Virus record (IMG/VR): IMGVR_UViG_3300035520_001285
Coordinates: 22,232 to 86,231 of that record
Length of the DNA: 64,000 nt
Direction: 5' to 3' (one strand)
Origin: a virus
Lineage: Duplodnaviria > Caudoviricetes
In this document: one piece after another, positions 18,399-27,898 of the stretch
How positions within the stretch are numbered: position 1 is the first letter of the stretch
Layout of the letters: the number at the start of each line of letters is the position of its first letter
Program-made: the position numbers and the translations under genes
Notes under the pieces: generated by a model
Told to the model about the DNA's origin: nothing
What the model saw: the letters and a program-made list of their open reading frames with translations, nothing else
Databases searched by the model: none

Positions 18399-20903
18399 AT
18401 GGCTAAGATTCAGAAAAATACTCTTGGCTTCTTGGGCGTTGATTTTCAATATAAGTTAATCAACGCCTTTATAGAACGGCCAAGTTTCTTTAAAGACCTA
18501 TTTCCGATTATTGATCAAAATATGTTCACGGAGTCTTATTTGAAGACTATCGTGGGTGTAATGAGAGAATACTATTCAAAGCATGATTCAACTGCATCAT
18601 ACGATATTCTTGCAATCAAATTGAATGAACTTGCAAGTACGGATGATGATAAACAATGCTATGATGAGGCTATTCAAAAACTTCGTGAAGTAACCACTGA
18701 CGGTATCGACGAAGTTGAAGATATGGCCGAAAAATTCTTCAAACAGCAAAATTGGATTAGAATTGCCAATGAAATCAAACGAGTAGCAGGCGATGGTGAT
18801 ATGTCAAAATACGCCGAATGCGAAAGAATGATTATTGAAGCAAATGCAATCACACGAAAGCATGAAGATTCAGGTTCGCCTTTGGATAGTATTGACGAAG
18901 ACCTTTCAAAAGAAAATATTGTAAGCATTCCTACAGGTATTCCTAAGATTGATGACTGCCTTGGTGGTGGTCTTGATAAGGGCAAATTAGGCCTTATTAT
19001 GGCGGCTATGGGTAGTGGTAAAGCACTGCCTAATAGTGAAATCGTTTACACTGTTGATGGACCTAAGACAATGGGAGAAATCAACGTTGGTGATATGGTT
19101 TTAGGGCGTGATGGTAATGGCCATACCGTTATTGGCAAATATCCCCAAGGTGTACGTGATATTTATGAGGTTAGATTTAATGACGGTGTTTCTGTGCGTT
19201 GTGACAAGGAGCATTTATGGAATGTAAACTCCCGTTATCAACGAAGCACATGGAAAAGAATACCAGGAAGCCGAAAAACCATACGCAAACCTGACTATTC
19301 ATTTAAGACACTTACTTTAGGCGAAATAATGAATAAGGGTCTTTATAAAAATGGGAAGCAACATAGTTATAACTTCAAAATACCTATGGCCAATCCTGTA
19401 GAATTCAACGAAATACCTTTGCGTATAAATCCATATTTAATGGGTTATTTTATTGGGGATGGTTGTTTTAGTAGAGGTGCTATAACTGTAGGTGAAGAAG
19501 ATTTAAGTGACGTAGTGCTCCTTTTAACGAATGAAGAATTTAAATTCGGTATTAAGCGCCATAAGGGGCGTGCTACAAGTATTGATTTTAGAAGTGATTT
19601 TAAAAATGAATTAAAGTCATATTACGGAACGCCATGCAAAGCGGAGCATAAATTTATCCATAAGGACTTTTTATTCAATTCTAAAAAAAATAGAATTGCT
19701 ATTTTAAATGGTTTAATGGATTCTGACGGAACATGTGGCTTGAATGGAAATTGCTCTATAACAACTAAATCAAAGCAGCTAGCTGAAGATGTGAGAACAT
19801 TAGTTTTGTCTCTTGGTGGATTCGCCTCAATAACAGAGAAGAAACGTGGCTATTTCAATAAAAAATACAAAGAATACCGAGATTGCGGAATGCATTACGA
19901 GGTACACTTTAGTTTGGTTGATGATTCTATTCCCGTTTTCAGACTAAAACGAAAACAGGACAGAGTTAGGTATAGAAAATTCTATGCCACAGCACGATTC
20001 ATAAAAAGTATTGAGCCATGTGGCCAAGAAGAAGCTAGTTGTATAAAAGTTGATGCTGAGGATGAATTATTCTTAACTAAGGATTTCATTGTAACCCACA
20101 ACACATCTCTTACAACTGCATTCTCCGCTGCAGCCGCAACTATAAAATCACAGCAGAATGATTATCAGGGTTATAAGGTGTTGCATATAGTTTTTGAGGA
20201 CACTAAGCGTGATATCAATCGTAAGTACTTTGGCCGATTAACTCAGATTGAAACCAAAGACCTCAATAAGGATGACGAAACAACCGAAAGGGCAAGGGAA
20301 CTCCTTAAAAATCACAAAGATTTCGATTTGATTAAAAACAATATCAAAATCCTTCACCTTAATACAGGTGAAAAAACCGCAAGCGACATTGTGCGAATAG
20401 GAAAGAAATTTATCAATGAAGGCTTTAAGCCTGATATGATTGTTATTGACTACTTCGAGTGTGTTGCTCCCGAAAAGGGTAGTGGTAATCAACAAAAATG
20501 GGACCAAGAAACCAAGACAATGCGTGTTTTTGAAAATGGTGCTAAAGAGTTGAATGTTGCCATGTGGATACCTTCACAAGGTAATCGTGGTTCGGTTTCC
20601 TCTGAATTGATTACAATGGACCAAGGTAGCGGTTCTATTGGCAAACAACAGGTCGCTCAGGTAGTAATGAGTATTACCCGCTCCCTCAATGATATTGATA
20701 ACAAACAAGCAACAATTGCTATCCTTAAAAACCGTAGCGGCGCTGCAGGTTTGACACTCAATGGCATATCATTTAATAACGGCACTTGCACGATTAATTG
20801 CGATAACACTGTTGATTTCAATAGCATTGATGACTACAATGAATTTGCGATGAACGTTGAAGATAATATCCGAAAGGATTTAACTAAAGGCCTTAGAGGT
20901 TAA
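18399..20903 (+). CDS. dnaB: DnaB-like replicative helicase containing an intein
   Basis: IPTGIPKIDDCLGGGLDKGKLGLIMAAMGSGK|TS Walker A split by the intein, HIVFED, MIVIDYFEC Walker B, SQGNR, AILKNRSG. Confidence 0.9.
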   Translation: MAKIQKNTLGFLGVDFQYKLINAFIERPSFFKDLFPIIDQNMFTESYLKTIVGVMREYYSKHDSTASYDILAIKLNELASTDDDKQCYDEAIQKLREVTTDGIDEVEDMAEKFFKQQNWIRIANEIKRVAGDGDMSKYAECERMIIEANAITRKHEDSGSPLDSIDEDLSKENIVSIPTGIPKIDDCLGGGLDKGKLGLIMAAMGSGKALPNSEIVYTVDGPKTMGEINVGDMVLGRDGNGHTVIGKYPQGVRDIYEVRFNDGVSVRCDKEHLWNVNSRYQRSTWKRIPGSRKTIRKPDYSFKTLTLGEIMNKGLYKNGKQHSYNFKIPMANPVEFNEIPLRINPYLMGYFIGDGCFSRGAITVGEEDLSDVVLLLTNEEFKFGIKRHKGRATSIDFRSDFKNELKSYYGTPCKAEHKFIHKDFLFNSKKNRIAILNGLMDSDGTCGLNGNCSITTKSKQLAEDVRTLVLSLGGFASITEKKRGYFNKKYKEYRDCGMHYEVHFSLVDDSIPVFRLKRKQDRVRYRKFYATARFIKSIEPCGQEEASCIKVDAEDELFLTKDFIVTHNTSLTTAFSAAAATIKSQQNDYQGYKVLHIVFEDTKRDINRKYFGRLTQIETKDLNKDDETTERARELLKNHKDFDLIKNNIKILHLNTGEKTASDIVRIGKKFINEGFKPDMIVIDYFECVAPEKGSGNQQKWDQETKTMRVFENGAKELNVAMWIPSQGNRGSVSSELITMDQGSGSIGKQQVAQVVMSITRSLNDIDNKQATIAILKNRSGAAGLTLNGISFNNGTCTINCDNTVDFNSIDDYNEFAMNVEDNIRKDLTKGLRG
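19023..20102 (+). mobile_element. 360-aa Ala-start intein with LAGLIDADG homing endonuclease (class 3 signature)
   Basis: Begins ALPNSEIVYTVDGPKTMGEINVGD, block B HLW, YLMGYFIGDG and LNGLMDSDG motifs, block F SCIKVD, ends IVTHN followed by Thr+1. Confidence 0.9.
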
Positions 20904-20937
20904 AAACTAAAGAATAGTTAAACAAATTTTTTAATTT

Positions 20938-20985
20938 AAAGAGCATCAGTTGGTTACAAAAATAGGTAATAGTTGGTGCTCTTTT
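20938..20985 (+). terminator. Probable terminator with long loop
   Basis: aaagagcatca / tggtgctcttt arms with a G:U pair and T run, after dnaB. Confidence 0.45.
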
Positions 20986-21087
20986 AACATAGATTTTTCT
21001 TGCTTTCGGAGTATATATTATTACATCCCTAATTTTACTTCAAGACAAGAAATAATAAATCATAATATAAAAGATTCCAAATAAATA

Positions 21088-23841
21088 ATGAAAGTCATTA
21101 AGAGGAACGACTCAGAACAAGACTTTGATTTGAATAAAATCAGGCGAGCAATTAGGCTTGCCAACGAGTCTCTTGAAGAGCCATTGCGAATGAATGATGA
21201 GCAGTTTGAGAAAGTAATCAACACTGTCGTAAAACGTTTAGATGGTTTTACTAATGTTAGTACAGAATCAATTGATGATTTTGTTGAAATGGCATTAACA
21301 CGCCATAATCGTTATAATGTCTTGAAGGCGTATATCAAACGTCGTGAAGAGAAAAAACAAACTAAAAAGTTCACGGAGAATGAAGAAAAAGTACTCTCGC
21401 TTCTTAGCGGTAACTCTGAACTTCGTGGTGACAATGCAAATAAGAACATTGATGACAATGGTACAATGCGTGACTATTTTGCAGGCATTTTAAGCAAATC
21501 ACTCACAAATAAGCTTCTTCCTAAGGATGTTCTTGAATTACATAAGCGTGGTTTAGGACATTTTCATGATGCAGACTATCAGATTAACAAGATGCATAAT
21601 TGTGATTTGATTAATGTTGAGGATATGTTCAAAAACGGGTTTCAAATGCAAAGTACAAAAATTGAACCCAATGAAAATACTCCTTTCCGCACGGCATGTA
21701 ATTTATTGGCACAAGTAAATTTAATCATATCAGGTAGGCAATATGGTGGCCAAACCGTATCATGGTCGCATCTGCTTCCCTTTATTGGTTATTCTCGCAA
21801 TAACATCAGAAAAAGCATTATCGAAAGATATTCAAACGAAGAACCTTCTATCAAAAAATATAGAAGATTGCTCAACTCAATTGGAATTAAAACAGGTCTT
21901 TATAACACTGACAAGATAAACAAGGAAGTAGAAGAGCTTCTTAGAAAAGAAATTTACGAGGGTGTGAAAACCTATCAATATCAAATTCTTTGCCATAGTT
22001 CAAGTAATGGGCAAACCCCATTTGTATCAAATAATTTGTGTTTAAGGGAAGCCCAAACTCAGCAAGAGCTTGATGATTTTGTAATGTTAATAGAAGAAAT
22101 CTTCAAACGTCGAATTAAAGGTGTAAAAGATGCTTCAGGTCATTACATTTCCCCATTGTTCCCCAAACTCTTGTATTGGACTTGCGACGGCTTGAATATT
22201 AACGATTCTGACCCATATTACGAGCTCACTAAATTGGCTGCTAAATGTGTTTCAACAAGAATGCAACCTGATATTGTTTCCGAGAGAGAAACACGTAAGG
22301 TTAAGAAAGGACAAATTATCCCTTCGATGGGTTGTCGCTCATTACTCGCACCAATATGGGAAATGAGAACGTATCCTGCATCAAAGGAATTCTATTGGGT
22401 CGAAGGTGCATCACTTCTTGATGATTATGGTATTTCAGAAATAGCCGATACAACTTTCCCTGAAATTGCATATCCATATGGCACATTCGTTGATAAAAAG
22501 AGCTTCGAAAATATTCCCAACGGTAAATATAAATTTGGAAAATACCGAATTAATTTCAGAGGCAATACTGGTTGGCTCATAGCTAAAGATAATGAAACAG
22601 TAACTATCATAGAGCCTAAAGTATATGGCCGTTGGAATAACGGTGTATTCACTATCAATCTTCCATATATTGGTCTTGAAGCATTGGAAGCCGAACCCGA
22701 TAATCAAGAAAAGAGAATTGAAAAATTCTATTCGATTCTTAACGAAAGGCTTGAAATTTGCCGTAAGGCTTTGGTATTCAGGTATAAACAATGCGCAAGT
22801 ATTAAAGGTAAAAACTCTTCTATTCTTTGGCAATATGGTGCATTAGCAAGAATTGGTGCTGAAGATACCGTTGGTGGTTTAATGAAGAAATATCCTCAAA
22901 GAGCTTCTATGAGTCTTGGCTACGCAGGATTGTTTGAAACCTGCCAAGCTCTTATTGGCAAATCCAACACAACCGATGAAGGCCGTAAATTATCAAAAGA
23001 AATTCTTGCATATTTGAATAAACGTTGTAATGAATGGAAGAAAGTTGGTGATTATATTGGGGATGAAGCTGACATATATACCCAAGAATGCCCAACAGAA
23101 GTATGGGACGAACTACAACAAGATAGCAAACATTGCATTTTGATTGGTAATAAAATTTACACAACTCAAGATATCACTCTTAATGATAATTCAACTTACA
23201 TTGTCTATATTGAAAAGACTGAAGAGGGTTGCTTCTATAAACTAACCGACAAAGACAATTTTGCCCATATCAACTATTCTATCTATGGCACCCCGATTGA
23301 ATCTTTGACACTGAAGATGGCTCTTGCCAATCGTAGAGATTTTGGTTTGATTGATAAAATCACTGATAAAGACTATATTGTCAATTCTTATCATGTAGAC
23401 CCAAGAGAAACCATTGACGCATTCAAAAAAATTGAAATTGAAGGTGAATATTTGGCTCTTTCTTCGGGTGGTGCAGTAAGTTACGTTGAAACTCCTGACT
23501 TAACTAATAACACTGAGGCAATTGAAACGCTGATTAAGCACATGGATAAACACATTGTCTATGCTGAAATTAATCGAAGTCTCGGTACTTGTTACGAATG
23601 TGGTTATGAAGGTGTAATTCCTCTTACCAAGACTGATGATGGCAAATTCAAATTCACCTGTCCTCAATGCGGAAATACAGATGATGCCAAAATGCATGTA
23701 GTATGTAGGCTCTGTGGTTATATCGGCACTGTAAATGCAGGTAATACGAATGTTGGCCGTTTGGATGATATCTATTCAAGAACTCTCCATACGGACTGTT
23801 ATGATGAAGAATGTACATGTTGCTCTAAATCAAAAGAATAA
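21088..23841 (+). CDS. nrdD: Anaerobic (class III) ribonucleoside-triphosphate reductase with ATP cone and two apparent in-frame insertions
   Basis: N-terminal VIKRND ATP cone, HFHDADY, QYGGQT, SMGCRS finger loop, YGTPIES, CYECG/CPQCG Zn site, RLCGYIG glycyl-radical motif. Confidence 0.92.
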   Translation: MKVIKRNDSEQDFDLNKIRRAIRLANESLEEPLRMNDEQFEKVINTVVKRLDGFTNVSTESIDDFVEMALTRHNRYNVLKAYIKRREEKKQTKKFTENEEKVLSLLSGNSELRGDNANKNIDDNGTMRDYFAGILSKSLTNKLLPKDVLELHKRGLGHFHDADYQINKMHNCDLINVEDMFKNGFQMQSTKIEPNENTPFRTACNLLAQVNLIISGRQYGGQTVSWSHLLPFIGYSRNNIRKSIIERYSNEEPSIKKYRRLLNSIGIKTGLYNTDKINKEVEELLRKEIYEGVKTYQYQILCHSSSNGQTPFVSNNLCLREAQTQQELDDFVMLIEEIFKRRIKGVKDASGHYISPLFPKLLYWTCDGLNINDSDPYYELTKLAAKCVSTRMQPDIVSERETRKVKKGQIIPSMGCRSLLAPIWEMRTYPASKEFYWVEGASLLDDYGISEIADTTFPEIAYPYGTFVDKKSFENIPNGKYKFGKYRINFRGNTGWLIAKDNETVTIIEPKVYGRWNNGVFTINLPYIGLEALEAEPDNQEKRIEKFYSILNERLEICRKALVFRYKQCASIKGKNSSILWQYGALARIGAEDTVGGLMKKYPQRASMSLGYAGLFETCQALIGKSNTTDEGRKLSKEILAYLNKRCNEWKKVGDYIGDEADIYTQECPTEVWDELQQDSKHCILIGNKIYTTQDITLNDNSTYIVYIEKTEEGCFYKLTDKDNFAHINYSIYGTPIESLTLKMALANRRDFGLIDKITDKDYIVNSYHVDPRETIDAFKKIEIEGEYLALSSGGAVSYVETPDLTNNTEAIETLIKHMDKHIVYAEINRSLGTCYECGYEGVIPLTKTDDGKFKFTCPQCGNTDDAKMHVVCRLCGYIGTVNAGNTNVGRLDDIYSRTLHTDCYDEECTCCSKSKE

Positions 23842-23847
23842 TCAGTT

Positions 23848-24351
23848 ATGGCAGAAACTAATTATAGCAACATAAAATACTTTTGCACAACAAATGGGAG
23901 TGGAATAAGGACCGCTCTATTCGTATCAGGTTGTAATCTCCATTGTAAAGGATGCTTCAATTCAAAAGCATGGGATTATAATTTTGGTAAACCACTCACA
24001 GATGAAGTAATCGAAAGAATATTAAAATCAATTGAACCTGAATATATCGCAGGATTATCAATTCTTGGGGGTGAACCATTATCAGAGCCAAATGTTAAAG
24101 CCGTAAGGCATGTTATCGAAAGCTTTAGAGAGAGATTCGGTAATAAGAAGGATATATGGCTTTGGACTGGTTACAACGTTGAAACGTTGAATGATTTTCA
24201 AGCCAAAACAGCCCTTATGTGTGATTACATTGTTGATGGCCCATTTAAGATTGATGAACATGTAATAGGCTTGAAATTCAAGGGTTCTTTGAATCAACGA
24301 ATACTACGCTCCGACGGGACTATATTTGTAGATATTTCTAACGAACTATAA
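23848..24351 (+). CDS. nrdG: Anaerobic RNR activating enzyme (radical SAM)
   Basis: GSGIRTALFVSGCNLHCKGCFN (CxxxCxxC), GLSILGGEP, WLWTGY, VDGPF, GSLNQR. Confidence 0.92.
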   Translation: MAETNYSNIKYFCTTNGSGIRTALFVSGCNLHCKGCFNSKAWDYNFGKPLTDEVIERILKSIEPEYIAGLSILGGEPLSEPNVKAVRHVIESFRERFGNKKDIWLWTGYNVETLNDFQAKTALMCDYIVDGPFKIDEHVIGLKFKGSLNQRILRSDGTIFVDISNEL

Positions 24352-24358
24352 TACTAAG

Positions 24359-24390
24359 AAGAGGTGCTTATTTTTAAGCACCTCTTTTTT
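24359..24390 (+). terminator. Intrinsic terminator
   Basis: Perfect 12-bp stem aagaggtgctta-tttt-taagcacctctt plus T run. Confidence 0.85.
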
Positions 24391-24401
24391 ATATTAAAAG
24401 C

Positions 24402-24408
24402 TATTTAT
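24402..24408 (+). promoter_or_regulatory. Putative phage late promoter TATTTAT
   Basis: Immediately after a terminator, 23 nt before ATG 24432. Confidence 0.55.
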
Positions 24409-24431
24409 TGAAGGATAAGGCTTTTAAAAAA

Positions 24432-24824
24432 ATGAATTCTAATCAATATCGAAAATATATAACCTCATTGGTTCACTTTATGGCCAAAAATGGCTATACA
24501 GTGAAACCATTCCCTAAAATAATCCTTACGAATGAGCACCAAGACGAAGCGTTCGGAAAAACAGGTTATTATGACCCTGACAACAAAGAGGTTGTGGTTT
24601 TTACACATAACCGCCTTGCAAAAGATGTTTTAAGGTCTATTGCACACGAACTTATTCATCATAAACAGAATATTGAGGGAAGGCTTGGAAACAGGGCTTA
24701 TAATGGAGATAGAATTGTAGATGATAAACGTTTGGAAAGACTTGAAATAGAAGCCTATCAAAAAGGTAATATTGGTTTTAGGTCATGGACTGAAAGTGAA
24801 CAAAAGAAAAATCAAGGCGAGTAG
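24432..24824 (+). CDS. Putative zincin-like metallopeptidase-fold protein (HExxH)
   Basis: TGYYDP..KEVVVFT..R...DVLRSIAHELIHHKQ...LEIEAY; the TTG start 24408 overlaps the promoter box, so ATG 24432 is preferred. Confidence 0.5.
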   Translation: MNSNQYRKYITSLVHFMAKNGYTVKPFPKIILTNEHQDEAFGKTGYYDPDNKEVVVFTHNRLAKDVLRSIAHELIHHKQNIEGRLGNRAYNGDRIVDDKRLERLEIEAYQKGNIGFRSWTESEQKKNQGE

Positions 24825-24842
24825 TTTTCTACTTGCTTTTTT
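24817..24842 (+). terminator. Intrinsic terminator
   Basis: gcgagtag-tttt-ctacttgc stem (one G:U) followed by T run. Confidence 0.65.
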
Positions 24843-24889
24843 CTTTTTCAAAAGGTATATCTTATTAAAATTCAAATTTAATCGTTAAC

Positions 24890-24896
24890 TATTTAT
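24890..24896 (+). promoter_or_regulatory. Putative phage late promoter TATTTAT
   Basis: 20 nt before the ATG of the gp25-like gene that heads the baseplate operon. Confidence 0.6.
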
Positions 24897-24916
24897 TGTT
24901 AAACGTTTTTCGCTAA

Positions 24917-25315
24917 ATGGCAAATAGTAAAATTAGAAGATATTACGGTATTAAGTTCCCATTCACTACTGATAATCAAGATGGCATTTTTGTTGATTTG
25001 AATAAGACTCTTGATGATAAAGTAGCAAGCGAACTTTTGCATGTTATTTTAACCCCTAAAAGAACAAGAATAAGGATGCCTAACTTTGGCACTGATTTAA
25101 TTAAATTTATTTTTGAAATGGGCGATGATAACACGTGGTCTTCTATTAAATCCGAGATTGAAACAGCAGTTAGTTGTTATGTGCAAAATACAAAACTTAA
25201 TGATATAGAGGTGCTACGTGATACCACTGATGAAACAAAGGTTTTTTTGAAAATAACATATTCTGTGCAAAAAGGTAATACAACAGAAAATAAAGTATTA
25301 GCAGTTAAGTTGTAA
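24917..25315 (+). CDS. Baseplate wedge / sheath initiator, gp25-like
   Basis: GIKFPF...LLHVILTPKRTRIRMPNFGTDLIKFIFE...IKSEIETAVSCY pattern; 132 aa. Confidence 0.8.
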   Translation: MANSKIRRYYGIKFPFTTDNQDGIFVDLNKTLDDKVASELLHVILTPKRTRIRMPNFGTDLIKFIFEMGDDNTWSSIKSEIETAVSCYVQNTKLNDIEVLRDTTDETKVFLKITYSVQKGNTTENKVLAVKL

Positions 25316-25319
25316 TACG

Positions 25320-27344
25320 ATGTCAAATAAAAAAATATCATATTTAAGTAGGACTTTCGATGATTATAAAGAAAGTTTAAAAACATATACAGAACAATAC
25401 TACCCTGAAATTGCTAATGACTTCAATGATTCTTCTGTTGGCAGTTGGATGGTTGATTTAGTATCGGCTGTGGCTGATAACCTTAGTTACTATATTGATA
25501 GAGCTTACAATGAAACTAATTTGGATTCAGCTCAATCAAAAAGTTCTGTTTACGCTTTAGCCCGTAGTAATGGTTTCAAAGTTCCAGGACCTAAAGCATC
25601 AATGACTGAAGTCAAATTTTCATGCAGTTTGCCCGTTAGTAGTTCGGTTGCTAATTCAAGTTCAACTAACGGTATGCCGAGTTGGTCTTATGCTCCCGTA
25701 ATCAAAAAAGGCACAAGGATTAAATCTAATAGTGGGCAATATTTTGAAACGACCGAAGACTTGGACTTCACTTTGCAGTTTGATGAAAATGGGGTTTCTA
25801 ACCGCACAATTACCCCTATTACTGATTCAAATAATATCGTAAAACGATATATCGTTACAAAAACTTGTACTGCTACTGCAGGTTATACTAAAACCTATAA
25901 GATGGCAATTACAAGCAGTAAAATAACTCCATTCATGGAAATTACCATTCCTGAGAAGAATGTAATGAATGTAGACAGTATTATATTCAAGGATGGTGCT
26001 AATTTTCAATCAGACCCATTAACTTCTGAATTCATGCAACAAGCTGAATTTATTTCAGCTGAAGACTCGATTTCGGGTGTTGATACGTATAGATTTTTTG
26101 AAGTGGACTCATTATTGCAACAGTATCGTTGGGGAGACGATATTAGTACTACATCGAGTGGTAATCAAGAAGTTGGTGAAAGTAAAACCTATGAATATGG
26201 CTACTATGTTTCTCAAAAAGGTGTAAACGTTCCTTCGTATTCAATCACAAAGGGCCAATGGATACCATTAACTCAAAAATTCATCACAGAATACACTAAT
26301 AACGGCTATATGAAAGTTATCTTTGGTAGTGGTGATGAAGTTGGACAAGATGTAGATATTGATAAAGCGGGCGATTTCACTAAAAATCAAATTACAAGAA
26401 TGATTAGAAACAACTTTCTTGGAAAACTGCCTAAAGAAGGAACTACGATGTATATCAGCTACCGAGTGGGTGGTGGTGCGGCTTCAAATGTTGCTACGGG
26501 CACAATCACTACAATCAGTAAATTGGATGCATCGAATAAAACATGTCCCGTAACTTCTGAAGATAAAAAGGTTGCCGACGCAATATTAAGTAGTATTACT
26601 GTCACAAATACTATTCCTTCAGTATCGGGCAAAGATGCACCTTCTGTTGAAGAAATTCGCAATATGATTAAATACAATAATGCGGCACAAGAAAGGTGTG
26701 TCACTGTTAAAGATTACATTAGCCGTATCCTAAAAATGCCACCTCGATATGGTTGTCCATTTAGAGTCGGCGCTTTGGAGGAAAACAATAAGGTAATGAT
26801 TTACTTGATGTTTACCGATAATCTCGGCCAATTGAGTGATGTTCTTCCTTCTCAATTAGTAGAAAATATCCAAAACTACTTATCGCATTATAGAAGTATT
26901 AATGATTTCGTTGAAATCAAGAGTGGTAGGATTGTAAACCTCTCATTTGAAGCCGATTTATATGTTGATAAAAACTACAACTCAGGTGAGGTCGTAAAGA
27001 GCGTAATCAACACCATTAAAAGCTACATGGATATCAATAATCATGACCTTGGTAAAGATATCTATGTTAGTGATATTCAAAAAGAAATCACCAATGTTGA
27101 TGGCGTATTAAATTTAATTGATTTAAGGGTTTATAATGAGTTTGGGACAGGATATTCTCAAACAAAAATTAGCCAACAAACTGTTTATCTAACCGAGGAT
27201 GATTACGGTTATGATAAAACAGAAGATTCCGAAAGAAGCGAAGTTGATTTGAATGCCTCTGATTATATTCTCAATAGTGAAGCTGATGAAATGTTCGAGA
27301 TTAAAAATGACACAGATATAAGAATTAGAGTAAAAACACGATAA
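25320..27344 (+). CDS. Baseplate wedge subunit, T4 gp6 / baseplate J-like
   Basis: SRTFDDYK...DFNDSSVGSWMVDLVSAVADNLSYYID; YRVGGGAASNV; GKDAPSVEEIR...AQERCVTVKDY. Confidence 0.8.
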   Translation: MSNKKISYLSRTFDDYKESLKTYTEQYYPEIANDFNDSSVGSWMVDLVSAVADNLSYYIDRAYNETNLDSAQSKSSVYALARSNGFKVPGPKASMTEVKFSCSLPVSSSVANSSSTNGMPSWSYAPVIKKGTRIKSNSGQYFETTEDLDFTLQFDENGVSNRTITPITDSNNIVKRYIVTKTCTATAGYTKTYKMAITSSKITPFMEITIPEKNVMNVDSIIFKDGANFQSDPLTSEFMQQAEFISAEDSISGVDTYRFFEVDSLLQQYRWGDDISTTSSGNQEVGESKTYEYGYYVSQKGVNVPSYSITKGQWIPLTQKFITEYTNNGYMKVIFGSGDEVGQDVDIDKAGDFTKNQITRMIRNNFLGKLPKEGTTMYISYRVGGGAASNVATGTITTISKLDASNKTCPVTSEDKKVADAILSSITVTNTIPSVSGKDAPSVEEIRNMIKYNNAAQERCVTVKDYISRILKMPPRYGCPFRVGALEENNKVMIYLMFTDNLGQLSDVLPSQLVENIQNYLSHYRSINDFVEIKSGRIVNLSFEADLYVDKNYNSGEVVKSVINTIKSYMDINNHDLGKDIYVSDIQKEITNVDGVLNLIDLRVYNEFGTGYSQTKISQQTVYLTEDDYGYDKTEDSERSEVDLNASDYILNSEADEMFEIKNDTDIRIRVKTR

Positions 27345-27665
27345 ATGAAAGCTAAAAGCCGCCTGTACACTGATAAAGGTTATCTTTTTAGGACATTTTT
27401 ACATTATATAATAATTGCCATATCAGGTGCAATTATCGGCAGTATAGCGGGCTTGGCTTTTTTATTTACTTACGAACCTAACACTAAAAATACCGTTACT
27501 AAACGAAAGGTAAAACGAATTATCTTTTTTACGAAATTAAAGTTATGGTTTTACCATCATACAAGTGGCAGTGCAAAATTTTTAAATGATTACGTTTACC
27601 TAAAAGGTATCCATAAAAGATTTGATAAAACATGTCATGTAACTGCACAACAACGCAAGAACTGA
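27345..27665 (+). CDS. Putative small membrane protein
   Basis: One hydrophobic stretch (IIIAISGAIIGSIAGLAFLF); fills the gap between baseplate genes. Confidence 0.4.
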   Translation: MKAKSRLYTDKGYLFRTFLHYIIIAISGAIIGSIAGLAFLFTYEPNTKNTVTKRKVKRIIFFTKLKLWFYHHTSGSAKFLNDYVYLKGIHKRFDKTCHVTAQQRKN

Positions 27666-27898
27666 ATAAGCTTTACGAAAAGCTTGGACTAAACGAGAAG
27701 AAACATAGAAAACTTACACCGAAGGAAAAAATAAAACATTATACTCAAAAGATTGCTATAATAGCCATAATGTTATTAATCCTTCCTTTGCTTTTAGCAT
27801 ACGTTGTTTATATAACCTTCTTTGGGGATGGCAAGATTAGCCTTACCAAATTCTTTAATTTAAAAAAGAACAATATTGGCGATGTCGGAGAACAATAG
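27632..27898 (+). CDS. Small membrane protein with N-terminal CxC
   Basis: MSCNC start, long hydrophobic segment IAIIAIMLLILPLLLAYVVYITFF. Confidence 0.55.
   Translation: MSCNCTTTQELNKLYEKLGLNEKKHRKLTPKEKIKHYTQKIAIIAIMLLILPLLLAYVVYITFFGDGKISLTKFFNLKKNNIGDVGEQ

Noticed and set aside
22354-23262. Inteins or group I introns as the cause of the NrdD insertions
   Set aside because: No intein terminal residues or blocks, no endonuclease motifs, and both inserts are short, in frame and stop-free. Kept as protein insertions.
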